Below are positions 1 through 9,281 of a stretch of DNA of 64,000 nt, piece after piece; positions within the stretch are counted from its first letter, which is position 1; every line of letters starts with the position of its first letter. The position numbers and the translations under genes are program-made. The notes beneath the pieces were generated by a model. It did no database searches, was not told the origin of the DNA, and saw only the letters and a list, made by a program, of their open reading frames with translations. The DNA comes from Nitrosopumilaceae archaeon (lineage in GTDB: Archaea; Thermoproteota; Nitrososphaeria; Nitrososphaerales; Nitrosopumilaceae): assembly GCA_965207375.1 (NCBI GenBank), contig OZ242274.1:1696001-1760000 (forward strand), given 5' to 3'.

Positions 1-516
1 CTTGGCATACAACACTATCATCCAAGTTACAAAAAACAGTGTAAAGCCGTTTAAGACAAGTGTTGTAACAGAGCCTCCAGCAAAATCTATGGCATAGCTT
101 GGCCCAGGATCAGAATCTGCATCAGATAAGGCAAGTCCTGCCTCAGGGTACAATGCAGATTCAATTAGATAAATTCCTACATAAAATGTAGCTGATATGG
201 CAGTAATGATAAAGAGGCAGTAAGATAAAACCAAAAACATTTTTTTAAAATCAGAGCTGCTGCCAAGCCTTTTACATGTCCAAAAAATTACTATAATCGT
301 AAACAGATTAACCAAGACGGTTTGTGCCATCATCAATATTGCTGACATGTCAAGTTTCTGTATTGAATTTGTGTTAATGGCAAGTGAGACAAATATGCCC
401 AGTATGCAAGAAACTACAAACAGAATTACAGATGACACAAAGTAGCGATTCACATTTTCAGATAAGGTTCTAAAAGAATTGGTGGGACGTATTATTACCC
501 ACAATATAACATGCAA
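1..516 (-). CDS. Yip1-like multi-pass membrane protein, 3' end outside window
   Basis: Manual translation of minus strand: LHVILWVIIRPTNSFRTLSENVNRYFVSSVILFVVS...WTCKRLGSSSDFKKMFLVLSYC; open to window edge; TTG start at 516 is a guess. Confidence 0.55.
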   Translation of the reverse strand, partial: MHVILWVIIRPTNSFRTLSENVNRYFVSSVILFVVSCILGIFVSLAINTNSIQKLDMSAILMMAQTVLVNLFTIIVIFWTCKRLGSSSDFKKMFLVLSYCLFIITAISATFYVGIYLIESALYPEAGLALSDADSDPGPSYAIDFAGGSVTTLVLNGFTLFFVTWMIVLYAK

Positions 517-602
517 TGTACAGATGAGAAATTTTAATGTTTAATATGATTTTTTGTCAAAGAGATATCAGATTCCTCAGGATTGATTTATAACATGTTT
601 TA

Positions 603-806
603 ATGTACTTGTATTTGTTGAATGTATCTACAATACTGCCCGTACTAGTGGCCCTAGGTGCAATAGGAGTTGCACTTGTAAGTATAGGACTCATGCTAAA
701 TGACGATATTATTTGGCTGATTGCAGATACGTACAGTATTGTAGCATTTGCATGCATAGCAATACTAGCCATAATTATCAGACAGACCCTCACCAAACAA
801 AACTAG
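603..806 (+). CDS. Small hypothetical protein with two predicted TM helices
   Basis: 67-aa ORF with two hydrophobic stretches. Confidence 0.45.
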   Translation: MYLYLLNVSTILPVLVALGAIGVALVSIGLMLNDDIIWLIADTYSIVAFACIAILAIIIRQTLTKQN

Positions 807-1007
807 ATCATTTGCACACAAGGTTCTGTTGGATTATAGAGATGTTTTTTTGACATGTATCTATTTTTTTGTATTTTCACGCCTCAAATAGTCGATCTGT
901 ATCTGCAGTTAAGTAAAACACGACTCAAATTATTAACTTGCTCTTTTCTCGTTGCATTTTAGGGTAGATTTTGACCTATTTTGCACACATTTCGTTTAGC
1001 TGTAATT

Positions 1008-1247
1008 TTATGTTATGACCCCATTTTTGTAATCTTCAATAAATTCTTCCCTAATTATGTTGACATCTGCCAGTATGGAATGTTGAATGCCTATGCCCAG
1101 TCTCTTATTTCCTGTAGGTACAGTTGTAAAGATAGATTCATTTCTGAGTGTTAGATGACTTCCTTTTCGTCGAGTTATGACAAATTCTTTTCTTTGTAGA
1201 TATCGTATCATTTGATTGCCTGATATTCTTGGAAACTTTTGCATCAC
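1008..1247 (-). CDS. hicA: HicA-family toxin (mRNA interferase)
   Basis: MQKFPRISGNQMIRYLQRKEFVITRRKGSHLTL...VPTGNKRLGIGIQHSIL: typical R-GSH HicA motif; overlaps upstream hicB by 4 nt. Confidence 0.85.
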   Translation of the reverse strand: MMQKFPRISGNQMIRYLQRKEFVITRRKGSHLTLRNESIFTTVPTGNKRLGIGIQHSILADVNIIREEFIEDYKNGVIT

Positions 1248-1456
1248 TGTTCGATTATAAGCAAATTGAAGTCTGTTGTATTTCCGCTCTCTTCTGCTGC
1301 AAGCTCTACTGCCTCTTTCATATTCTCTACAATTTCTCCAAACGTGTCTCCCTGTGAGTTTGCATGTAGTTCATCACATCTGCCAGTAAATCCACCATCT
1401 TCAAGATCCTTGGTTATTACAATTGCATAAGCTTTTTTCTGTATGGTTGTACTCAT
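1244..1456 (-). CDS. hicB: HicB-family antitoxin, short form without DNA-binding domain
   Basis: From ATG 1456: MSTTIQKKAYAIVITKDLEDGGFTGRCDELHANSQGDTFGEIVENMKEAVEL; HicB SQGDT/EA motif. The longer ORF-track start lies in an IS relic. Confidence 0.85.
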   Translation of the reverse strand: MSTTIQKKAYAIVITKDLEDGGFTGRCDELHANSQGDTFGEIVENMKEAVELAAEESGNTTDFNLLIIEQ

Positions 1457-1519
1457 AGTATCAATAGCCTCAAAAGTGTTAAAAATCTTGCTAATAGCAT
1501 TCGTACTTTTATGGCTAAA

Positions 1520-1637
1520 AATACAACCATCAAAATGTTCAGAGTATGGCTCGAAAGATCTTAAAATTAACAAAACACAGATACGTGACATTACAGAGGT
1601 ACCACAACAAGTACAACCTGAAACAACACATCATCAT
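1520..1637 (+). pseudogene. Internal fragment of IS66 transposase
   Basis: Encodes PSKCSEYGSKDLKINKTQIRDITEVPQQVQPETTHHH, nearly identical to PAKCPECGSKDLKIIKTQIRDITEVPPQVQPETTRHH of the transposase at 7563-8951. Confidence 0.85.
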
Positions 1638-1714
1638 GAGAGGCGATCTGTAATTATTTTTTTATGCGTGCCTACTGCCATCTAGATGTCCTATTTCAGT
1701 CAGGCCATCTGATC
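1637..1714. repeat. Orphan IS-end-like repeat, inverted copy at 56129-56205
   Basis: tgagagg(c/t)gatc(t/c)gtaattattttt...cagtcagg(c/a)catctgatc is present at both loci. Confidence 0.75.
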
Positions 1715-1826
1715 CAATTGGTTCCATGCGTTTGATTGGTTTCATGTTTTGCTGTATGCAGGACTGATCTCTTAATGTATGGAACAAATTTTTTTGATCT
1801 TGTGCATAAAAATAATGCTTTAGTTA

Positions 1827-1951
1827 TACTATTTGGATCTGAAAGATCAAACTTTGTCTGTTGTGTGATCAAATTGATTTCTCCCAGATGGAATCTGGCC
1901 TGAAAATTGCAAATTTTGAAAATTTCTAGGCAGGATTATAACACAAACTAA
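1827..1951 (-). mobile_element. Relic left end of IS5-family element
   Basis: Reverse complement aligns with 53095-53219, including the terminal tagtttgtgttataa. Confidence 0.8.
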
Positions 1952-2021
1952 ATTGTACAGAATTCTTAAAACCGAGAGACGAGATATCAAAATGCAACAG
2001 AAACTTTTCTAAATGAAAACA

Positions 2022-2777
2022 TTACACACTGTGGGGTTTATCATATTGACGTATTGCCTCTTGCAATGTATCCTTTGAGACAAGACCGTTTGAGTAAATA
2101 TTTTTGTAAAGTTGAGGATAGATAAACTCGCGCTCAGAGTATTGTAATATTTTTTCATAAGCGCCTTCAAAATAATGAGGTATCTCACCTGACCCTTGCG
2201 TATTTTTTGTTGAAAAACCATATGCAAGAGCTAACACATCATGTTTTAGTCCCTTTGTTTGAAAGTCGTTTAGCGGCAGGTGTAGCTGCAAAAAATCAAT
2301 TACCTCTGGTTTGTTTATGATGCGCTGATACAACCATTTTTCTTGGGCTATTTCATGGTGTACCATGCGCTGATACAAAAAGAACAGATCAAAGCCTAAG
2401 ATGTTGTGTCCCACTATCCTAAGGTGGTCAGGTCCATGACTGCGATGTAATCGAGATATGGTATCATAAAACGATTCAAGTATTGCACGCTCTCCTGAAT
2501 CCCATTCCTTTAGGCGAAATGTGTGTCCGTTGGCAATCTTGTATGTAATTAAAATCACCTTGCCTTCAAACGGTGTGAGACCGCCCTGCTGAAAGCGCCA
2601 AAATAGATGCCGGTCCTCAGAGTCTCGGTCAAGATCTCCTGAATCAATTCTGCTTTTTATCTCAAAGTATTGTTTAGAATCAAGGTCAGGTGCAGTCTCT
2701 ATATCAAGAAATAACTCTGTCACAGATTCACATGATGTATTAAAGTAGAAAATCTTTGCTACGATATAATGATACAT
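2022..2777 (-). CDS. DnaQ/PolB-type 3'-5' exonuclease (RNase H-like) domain protein
   Basis: FLDIET (ExoI) and VGHNILGFD (ExoII) motifs; true start probably at the GTG giving VTELFLDIET. Confidence 0.75.
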   Translation of the reverse strand: MYHYIVAKIFYFNTSCESVTELFLDIETAPDLDSKQYFEIKSRIDSGDLDRDSEDRHLFWRFQQGGLTPFEGKVILITYKIANGHTFRLKEWDSGERAILESFYDTISRLHRSHGPDHLRIVGHNILGFDLFFLYQRMVHHEIAQEKWLYQRIINKPEVIDFLQLHLPLNDFQTKGLKHDVLALAYGFSTKNTQGSGEIPHYFEGAYEKILQYSEREFIYPQLYKNIYSNGLVSKDTLQEAIRQYDKPHSV

Positions 2778-2836
2778 TTATGCCAATACATATCCAAAAA
2801 CAAAACAAAGATTAGACCAAATATAGGATGGTCGAT

Positions 2837-2910
2837 GGGATCGTGGTCTAGCTTGGTATGATTCTACATTCGGGGTGTAGAGGTCGCGCATTCAAATTGC
2901 GCCGATCCCA
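2837..2910 (+). tRNA. tRNA-Pro(CGG)
   Basis: Acceptor gggatcg/cgatccc, anticodon arm ctaca-ttCGGgg-tgtag, T-loop ttcaaat. Confidence 0.95.
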
Positions 2911-3032
2911 TCAAAATTTACAGGCACATAGCCCAAAAAAAGATCTAATATACAACAGTAATTGGTGTAGATAATTAGACAGAATCGATCTAATAACTGA
3001 TCGCATATACAATATAATGCAGGAGGTCTACA

Positions 3033-3293
3033 TTGGCTAGAACCAGAAGAGCCAACCGCTATTGTGTTGATTGCGGTGCCAGGCTAGTATACTATCCAAG
3101 ACTCTCAAATCCAAAGGCTCCAAACGAGCACAGGGTGCTCGTATATGCGTGTCCTGACTGTACAGATGACTTTGAAAAGCCAAAGATGTTTTCAATAAAG
3201 CGAAACCAGGTAAGTGAGCCCCTAGAAACAGTAGAGATTGAAATTACCCAGATGCGCAACAATATTGCCAAAAAAAATTCCAGTCTACAATGA
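3033..3293 (+). CDS. Small zinc-ribbon protein
   Basis: CVDC and CPDC motifs; aggagg SD upstream of TTG. Confidence 0.7.
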   Translation: MARTRRANRYCVDCGARLVYYPRLSNPKAPNEHRVLVYACPDCTDDFEKPKMFSIKRNQVSEPLETVEIEITQMRNNIAKKNSSLQ

Positions 3294-3805
3294 CATATAG
3301 CAAAAGCAGTAAATAATCTCACAAGATGTAAAATGAAATCTTGTCAACACGTGCCAATTAGTAAGATTTGTGTTTTTGCTATACGCTAGTTTCATGATAC
3401 ATTGCACCGTGTAAATTTATGCACATTACAAAATGTAACCTAGAGTATACCAATCAAGAAAATTAGAGAACACAAGACATCTATTCTGCAGAATATAGTT
3501 TTGCAGACAAACACAAAATTGAAAATCTCATTCTTTGCTAGTTTAGACGTTTGCAAAAAGATCATTCAAATTTACAAGAGCGGTAAATTGTTTCAAATTC
3601 CACAAACACTAGGTTTAATCATTGAAGCAATCATGGGTAGATATCATAACTTGTAGGTTACATGACCAAATCAAATGTAAATTTTGACACCTATCAAAGA
3701 GATAACTTTTGCCTAAAATTAAAAAACATCAACATAAAACAAGAAAAACCCAACAAACCTTTGTGCAAAAATGCACATCATCATAAAACCGTCGAAAACA
3801 AAACA

Positions 3806-4177
3806 CTAGGAAATCTGCTTTTCTATTTCGGTGATCTTTTCCATAAGCTTGTCAACATCTATGGGTTTTGGAAGAAAAGAGTGTATTGCCTCATCTGGTA
3901 TACCTTCAATTGAATTTCCAGCATTAGCAGATGCAGAAAAGATGACTATAATCTGCTTTTTTAAGAGATTCTTTGAGATGAGCTCCTGTATCACATCTAT
4001 TCCAGAAAAGTCCGGCATTGACAGATCCAAAATCACCAAATCGTACTTGTTTTTGCTTATCATCTCCACGCCCTTTCTACCCCCATCTACAGAGTCAAAT
4101 TCGTGACCCATGGAGGTAATAATTACCTCTACAAACTTTCTAATGTCTTCAGTGTCATCAATCTGTAAAATCTTCAT
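3806..4177 (-). CDS. Single-domain response regulator (receiver)
   Basis: ILQIDD, DLVILDLSMPDFSG and FLPKP motifs. Confidence 0.92.
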   Translation of the reverse strand: MKILQIDDTEDIRKFVEVIITSMGHEFDSVDGGRKGVEMISKNKYDLVILDLSMPDFSGIDVIQELISKNLLKKQIIVIFSASANAGNSIEGIPDEAIHSFLPKPIDVDKLMEKITEIEKQIS

Positions 4178-5678
4178 TGTGACTATTGTCCATAGGTAGT
4201 ATAAAATAAAATTTGCTTCCCTTGCCTTCTGTACTTTCTACACCTATCTCCCCTCCGAGATTGTCAAGTATTCCCTTACATATGGCCAATCCTAGCCCCG
4301 TCCCTCCATGCTGCCTAACATGCGAGGTATCTGCCTGATAGAATTTTGTAAACAGTTTCTGCTGCTTTTGTGGAGAAATTCCTATACCATTATCTATCAC
4401 AGAAAAGGTCACTTTTTGGCCCGTATTCTCAGCAGATACAATAATCTTGCCTGAATCCTTTGGTACAAAGTCTATTGCATTGTATATCAGATTGGTGATT
4501 ACCTGTACAAGCCGGTCCTTGTCGCTGACTATATTGATCTCCTTGTTGTCTTTTGTCCCACACTGTATCGTAATGCCTTTTTCTTTTGATGTAATTTGAA
4601 ATGATTTGTCAATGTTTTCTAATAGATCGTTTACAGATATCTCCCCTAGTTCAAATCTCATCTTTTCTAATTCTAGTTTGTGCGCATCAAGCATGTCAAC
4701 TATTAATTTTCTTAACCTGTGGGCGTTTGAGAGAATTGTGTTTACCGCATCACTTTGTTTGTCATTTAAATCACCTAAAAGATTTGGTCTTACTAGGGCC
4801 TGTGCAAATCCAATAATTGGTGTAAGGGGAGACTTTAACTCGTGTGTCACTACGGAAAGAAACTCTTCTTTCATCCTGTCAATCTTTTCGTATTCGTCAA
4901 GCATGTCTTTTGTATCGTGTAGTTCAGTAGAGTCATGTATTACCACGTTTCTTCCAATCAGATTACCATAATCATCATAGATGTTTGTAGGTGAAAATAT
5001 CACAGGAAAATCAGTTCCGTCCTTGCGCCTCATCCAGATCTCAGATGTTTTGTTTTTGCCGGTACTTCTCCACTCTGCCATGTGCCTACTCAATGTTTCT
5101 TTGCTCTTATCAGATGTGTGGTCCAACAGGTTTCTTCCCAGTACCTCATCTTTGCTGTCGTATCCTAGTGTTTTCAAATATGTTTTGTTGCAGTCTATGA
5201 TTGTGCCGTTATAGTTTACTGTCCGGTATAGATCAGGCGAGTTTTCGTACAGACTCTCATACTTTCTGATTTTGACCAAATCCTGAAGCTTTTTCATCTC
5301 TTGTGTACTCATCAAGATTGTAGCCATTGCAGTTATGTTGCCTGCATCATCGGTATGGTTTGAAACAGACATTATCATGTCTGTGACCCTGCCATTTTTG
5401 GAGAGGATTTGAGTTGTAGTCATTGTTGGTTTCTTTGTCTGTCTCCACTCTTCGAATTCCTTGCGCATCTTTGCCCTAGCAGCAGGCGAGGTATGCTCAT
5501 CAAAGTGAACTCCAGTTGCCTGCTCAATTGTGCAGTTTATTTTTTTGGCATATGCCTTGTTGCATTTTATGATTATTCCCTGTGTATCCACTAGTCGAAA
5601 AAATTTGGGAAGCGTTTTTTTGATTTTTGGATGGTGTAGATGATCCTCTGCTTCATGCATGTCTTTTGCTTCGTTCAA
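4158..5678 (-). CDS. Cytoplasmic PAS-PAS sensor histidine kinase
   Basis: Two PAS domains, H-box THELKSPL, N-box NLIYNA, G-boxes DNGIG and GGTGLGL. Confidence 0.93.
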   Translation of the reverse strand: MNEAKDMHEAEDHLHHPKIKKTLPKFFRLVDTQGIIIKCNKAYAKKINCTIEQATGVHFDEHTSPAARAKMRKEFEEWRQTKKPTMTTTQILSKNGRVTDMIMSVSNHTDDAGNITAMATILMSTQEMKKLQDLVKIRKYESLYENSPDLYRTVNYNGTIIDCNKTYLKTLGYDSKDEVLGRNLLDHTSDKSKETLSRHMAEWRSTGKNKTSEIWMRRKDGTDFPVIFSPTNIYDDYGNLIGRNVVIHDSTELHDTKDMLDEYEKIDRMKEEFLSVVTHELKSPLTPIIGFAQALVRPNLLGDLNDKQSDAVNTILSNAHRLRKLIVDMLDAHKLELEKMRFELGEISVNDLLENIDKSFQITSKEKGITIQCGTKDNKEINIVSDKDRLVQVITNLIYNAIDFVPKDSGKIIVSAENTGQKVTFSVIDNGIGISPQKQQKLFTKFYQADTSHVRQHGGTGLGLAICKGILDNLGGEIGVESTEGKGSKFYFILPMDNSHNEDFTD

Positions 5679-6009
5679 CTATACACTCACCTGTCCTGCA
5701 CAAGGTGCTGCCAATATAGATCTTATTTTAAGGCGGGATACAAACATCAATCGATATTTTTTATTTGCATATTTAGACTTTGATTGTTTACAACAGTACA
5801 AGTTTAGATTCTCCAATTGCAACAGGCATAAAAGGAATAATCGATTTATTGAATTAGGCAGGAATTTGAGCGGGATCTAAAGTTGTACTTGACACGCACA
5901 CAAAATAAAATATTTGTCTGGATCTGGCAGTTTTGATTGTGCTCGAGTCACCCATATCTAGGATCGGGAGGCACCCATACTATACTTGCGACATGATGTA
6001 TCATGTACA

Positions 6010-6034
6010 ATCACTTGTAAATTTCTGGACCGCA
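6010..6034 (+). mobile_element. Degenerate left-end relic of the IS1111-type element
   Basis: atcacttgtaaatttctggaccgca resembles gatcacttgtaaattctccggggccgta at 57568. Confidence 0.45.
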
Positions 6035-6289
6035 CCGATATTCTGTCATGATTTTGCGTTTTACCTGTGACTGAAATCTAATAGTCAGGCCTATAATCAA
6101 AAAGCGTTCCATTCTTTTTTACGATTACTAGGCGTAAAACCATACAAAAATGGTGTTTGTTCACAGGTATAATCTTTCAATCAAATGTCATCATTTAGAA
6201 TGAAAATTGTTTTCAATGTTTGGATTTTGCAAATATTTTCTGTAACTAGTATCAGAAAACACAAGAAATTGTTTTGAACATGATTTTAT

Positions 6290-6625
6290 CTAGACATGGA
6301 TCATTTTTGTGTTTCTGTTTTCTGCAATGTCCCATGCCAACCTTTCAATGGATTTGCCCCGTGAGGATTTTGAGTTGAATCTATACATTTTGGAACGGCC
6401 TACCGTACGGGTCAATATAAACACATTTTGCTCTTTTAGTTGGTGAATTGATTCCAAAGTTGTCTTGAATCCCATCTTAGATATTCTTGAAATATCTGAA
6501 ATAGAATAATCAAAATCCTTCATGACTAACATATGATCAAGTATCTTTGACTGTGAACATGGAAAGACACTCTGAAGTGCCCCGATATTCTTTTCTTTCA
6601 TATCTTTTATTGTGTATAATATCAT
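6290..6625 (-). CDS. Winged-helix DNA-binding protein
   Basis: DYSISDISRISKMGFKTT HTH and TRTVGRSKMYRFN wing. Confidence 0.75.
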   Translation of the reverse strand: MILYTIKDMKEKNIGALQSVFPCSQSKILDHMLVMKDFDYSISDISRISKMGFKTTLESIHQLKEQNVFILTRTVGRSKMYRFNSKSSRGKSIERLAWDIAENRNTKMIHV

Positions 6626-6780
6626 ATAATATTTTAAATTCTACAGGACCACATATGTAAAACAACAAAATCACAAATTTTACCAGATGGTTTAGGTATA
6701 TTTTGTAGTGTTACTCAGAGTGGCTGTCTCTATAAATTGGTGCAGTCAATCTAAAATCAAACATAGGATCGATGTTTTGT

Positions 6781-7416
6781 TTAGCTGATAATGTCAGCAG
6801 AGTGTTCGTATTTGTCAAGTTTGTCAGTGATTTGTTTGATCAAAAGTTTTACTTCATCAAGATTGGAATCCTGTGATGTATCTGATTTAAAGTCTCTCTC
6901 GACGATGTCAAAGGTCTTTTCTATCATCTCAACTAGCATTGGATCCAAAAGGTTGATTGCCATTCCCAATACGGAACGCCCCTTTTGTACTATGTGTTTC
7001 AGATCGTCTTGTTTGGCCTGTGCAAGTATTTTCTTTGACTCATCCTTACTATTTGAAAACGTACTGATTATGCCCATGCATAGCAATATGGAGCCAAAAT
7101 TGTTTTTTAGAAACTGGATGACGTATGTTTCTTGTTTATGGCGGATCTCTGCTTGCTCCAAAATTATCTTAAACACATTTTTCCTGACGCCTTCTATTTT
7201 TTCATCATTTTTGGATGATAGATAATAAAACAAAACAGCAAGTCCTATTCCCATTAACATGTCTCCAAGCAACAGGCCTAGCCATCCAGAAAGATCGCAA
7301 TCAATGGTCAGATGAAATGGATCACAAGGCTCTATGATGCCCTGTACCAGAAATAGACCTATCCCAAATATTACCACTAGACCAATAAATAAAAATAATA
7401 ATGTATTTTTCATCAA
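6781..7416 (-). CDS. Hypothetical membrane protein
   Basis: 211 aa, two N-terminal TM segments, helical C-terminus. Confidence 0.65.
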   Translation of the reverse strand: MMKNTLLFLFIGLVVIFGIGLFLVQGIIEPCDPFHLTIDCDLSGWLGLLLGDMLMGIGLAVLFYYLSSKNDEKIEGVRKNVFKIILEQAEIRHKQETYVIQFLKNNFGSILLCMGIISTFSNSKDESKKILAQAKQDDLKHIVQKGRSVLGMAINLLDPMLVEMIEKTFDIVERDFKSDTSQDSNLDEVKLLIKQITDKLDKYEHSADIIS

Positions 7417-7535
7417 AATCCTACATCTCGTACCTCTTTATAATTTTGAATATTCTTCAGGCACACACTCAGGTCGCCTCTGATTCTATGTCTATCTTTT
7501 GAACATACCTAAAATTTTCATACTTGAAAAATCTA

Positions 7536-9042
7536 GTAAGTGTTAACGTGGTTTTTACGTCTCTAGAGGTATTTTACCATCTCTTCTAGATAATTTAATC
7601 CAGCATTTCTCCACGTCATCACACATGAAAACAGATTGCCCAATGTCTCCATGCTTTTCTCAGATCTGATTCCACCTCGTATTTTTCTGTGTACGACAAT
7701 CTCACGCAGTGCACGTTCTGCTGCATTGTTGGTAGGAGGTATGGTAGGATCCAGCACAAACCTGAACAGGTTTGGGAGGGCTCGTCCCAGCTTTCCCATG
7801 AATCTTTTGAGATTGTGCAATGGAGTGTATGTATCAATAATCCTCTTTACACGACGATACAGATTGCGCCGTATTTTTTTGCGCCGTTTATACGAGATAC
7901 GTGCAGTTATGGTATCTTTTGCATCTTCATAGATTTTTTTGAGAGCCTCTAGTGCACCCAGACATTTTTTACATCCGCATTTTTGTGTCTCGTGATGCAT
8001 CTCACGCATGATGTGAGCCCAGCATCTTTGGATATCGTATACGATGTACGGTTTGTGTCCGTCACAGATGATTGTTCCCTTCCAGTCAGATCCCAATATC
8101 TCTTCTAGCACGTCTCTTCCCCTGCTAGGTCGTAGCACATACAGTGCAGTATTTGTACCTGGAATGTAAAATACCCACGCCCATACGTTTTTGCCGTTTA
8201 GGTGTATTGATGTCTCATCTATGTGTAACAGGACTGCAGCCCTGATTGCCTTTAGGAGTTGTTTTGTGGGTGCCGTTAGGCACGCACCAACCATTGTTAT
8301 TATGTTGTGTGCAGAAGCTGGAGATATTTTGATTCCCCTCAAGGTCAATGCTTCTGCGTTTCTGCGGTGGGGCAGTCTGTCGATATAATTTGCTACTGCC
8401 TGTGTCACTATATTGTTGCCATAATTGCCTTTTGTAGGAAAATCAGTCTCTGGGATTATGTCTTTTTTGCCACAGTTTTTGCATGAGCACAAATCTACAT
8501 GATGACGTGTTGTTTCAGGTTGTACCTGTGGCGGTACTTCTGTAATGTCACGTATCTGTGTTTTGATAATTTTAAGATCTTTTGAGCCACACTCTGGACA
8601 TTTTGCTGGCGTGTGTTGTTTGAATTTTGTAGGTTTTGGCTTGTTTGTTGCACCTGCGTGTCCCTTTGGTGCTCCTCGCTCACCTGCTGTTTTCTTGTTT
8701 TTATCCTTGTTTTTATTCTCAGTTTTTTTCTTTTCTGGCATCTTGCGTGATGGTGGAGTATGTGCGTTATCATAAAATTGGAGTCTCTTATTAAGATCAG
8801 TTGTAATAATTTTCAAATTGTGTATGTCATTTTGTTGTTCTTTTACTGTATCTTTTAGTTTTTTTTCGTTGTCATGTTTTATCTCTATTATCTGTTCGAG
8901 TTTTAGATTCTTAATTCGTTCGGCTTTGTAGAGTTTTTTGTAATCTGGCAATGTATGGTTTGACTATTTGACCTCATTTAGATCATGTTGCCAAAAATTT
9001 GATCGTAAATGGTCAAAATCTAGGCACAACGTAAACACTTAC
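7536..9042 (-). mobile_element. IS66-family element, intact, single-ORF type
   Basis: TIRs gtaagtgttaacgt / acgtaaacacttac; 8-bp TSD aaaatcta at 7528-7535 and 9043-9050. Confidence 0.93.
7563..8951 (-). CDS. IS66 transposase
   Basis: Coiled coil, Zn ribbon CPECGS, HIDET, IICDG, QRCWAH and TNNAAERALR motifs. Confidence 0.95.
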   Translation of the reverse strand: MPDYKKLYKAERIKNLKLEQIIEIKHDNEKKLKDTVKEQQNDIHNLKIITTDLNKRLQFYDNAHTPPSRKMPEKKKTENKNKDKNKKTAGERGAPKGHAGATNKPKPTKFKQHTPAKCPECGSKDLKIIKTQIRDITEVPPQVQPETTRHHVDLCSCKNCGKKDIIPETDFPTKGNYGNNIVTQAVANYIDRLPHRRNAEALTLRGIKISPASAHNIITMVGACLTAPTKQLLKAIRAAVLLHIDETSIHLNGKNVWAWVFYIPGTNTALYVLRPSRGRDVLEEILGSDWKGTIICDGHKPYIVYDIQRCWAHIMREMHHETQKCGCKKCLGALEALKKIYEDAKDTITARISYKRRKKIRRNLYRRVKRIIDTYTPLHNLKRFMGKLGRALPNLFRFVLDPTIPPTNNAAERALREIVVHRKIRGGIRSEKSMETLGNLFSCVMTWRNAGLNYLEEMVKYL

Positions 9043-9281
9043 AAAATCTACGACCTGAAGGTGCACGGAGTTTGAACCAAAAGACTGGACTAGACCAGTA
9101 TGTAAAAGGCACAAAGTCTCAGTCAAGGCTTTGATGCTGGAAAAATACTATAACTGTTAGTTTCATGACCTCACCAAAATTTGTAATTTCCTCTTTATAG
9201 GTTATATAAGAATATATTTTGATTTACGGCATGCTTGCCAAAATAATAATACTTATATTCATTTTTTCCAACAGATCGTCC

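Larger units (their letters stand above)
7460..9066. repeat. ~92-bp MITE-like repeat copy 1, split by IS66 (7460-7535 + 9051-9066)
   Basis: actcaggtcgcctctgattctat...gaacatacctaaaattttcatacttgaaaaatcta|cgacctga aligns with the reverse complement of 11376-11468. Confidence 0.8.

Noticed and set aside
1244-1685. 115-aa HicB N-terminal extension and ORF 1443-1685
   Set aside because: Both run through the IS66 relic; HicB similarity begins at ATG 1456
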